Below are positions 7,734 through 7,974 of a DNA stretch of 7,974 bases, piece after piece. Numbering within the stretch: the first letter of the stretch is position 1; every line of letters begins with the position of its first letter. This stretch comes from a virus (Duplodnaviria > Heunggongvirae > Uroviricota > Caudoviricetes), in the IMG/VR virus record IMGVR_UViG_2681813313_000001; one strand, 5' to 3'. The translations under genes were made by a program, and so were the position numbers. The notes beneath the pieces are model-generated. The model searched no databases, had not been told where the DNA came from, and saw only the letters and a program-made list of their open reading frames with translations.

Positions 7734-7974
7734 TGCTGCCAACTTACTGATTTAGTGTATGATGGTGTTTTTGAGGTGCTCCAGTGGCTTCTGTTTCTAT
7801 CAGCTGTCCCTCCTGTTCAGCTACTGACGGGGTGGTGCGTAACGGCAAAAGCACTGCCGGACATCAGCGCTATCTCTGCTCTCACTGCCGTAAAACATGG
7901 CAACTGCAGTTCACTTACACCGCTTCTCAACCCGGTACGCACCAGAAAATCATTGATATGGCCATGAATGGCGT
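7729..7974 (+). mobile_element. IS1 insertion sequence, left end (IRL) and 5' part of insA; continues beyond window end
   Basis: ggtgatgctgccaacttactgatttagtgtatgatggtgtttttgaggtgctccagtggcttctgtttctatcagctgtccctcc... matches the IS1 left end as I recall it, starting exactly where exo homology ends. Confidence 0.9.
7784..7974 (+). CDS. insA: IS1 InsA (transposition repressor / N-terminal part of InsAB' transposase), partial, runs off window
   Basis: GTG start at 7784; translation [63 protein letters not shown]... = IS1 InsA zinc-finger N-terminus. Confidence 0.88.
   Translation, partial: MASVSISCPSCSATDGVVRNGKSTAGHQRYLCSHCRKTWQLQFTYTASQPGTHQKIIDMAMNG

Noticed and set aside
6054-7742. Alternative-frame and antisense ORFs across gam, bet and exo (6054-6368 +, 6210-6482 -, 6295-6765 -, 6563-6796 +, 6891-7184 -, 6941-7207 -, 7470-7742 -)
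   Set aside because: All overlap the strongly supported gam/bet/exo frames; no independent start signals and no recognisable domains.
7755-7967. 70-aa plus-strand ORF inside the IS1 end
   Set aside because: It is in a different frame from InsA, whose translation ([16 protein letters not shown]...) is the recognised product of this segment.

Overview
This window is the early/immunity region of a lambdoid prophage from an enterobacterial host (E. coli/Shigella-like), cut at both ends by insertion sequences. Gene calls rest on recognising the protein sequences from memory and on canonical motifs read directly from the sequence; no database search was run. On the minus strand, right to left: a 434-type cro (2069-2284), nutR, cII, the antisense OOP RNA, O with the ori-lambda iterons inside it, and P, whose 3' end is replaced by the terminus of an IS3-family element (1-134). 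On the plus strand: a 434-type cI (2391-3023), an unrecognised 134-aa secreted-protein gene overlapping the cI stop, OL/pL, nutL, N, then orf28-like, ral, an ea10-like gene, cIII, kil, gam, bet and exo, with exo cut by an IS1 (7729-end). sieB lies on the minus strand between N and ral. The region is therefore a lambda backbone carrying a 434 immunity module, apparently immobilised as a defective prophage by the two IS insertions. The most interesting item is the uncharacterised gene at the position lambda uses for rexAB. I found no tRNA, rRNA or CRISPR array.
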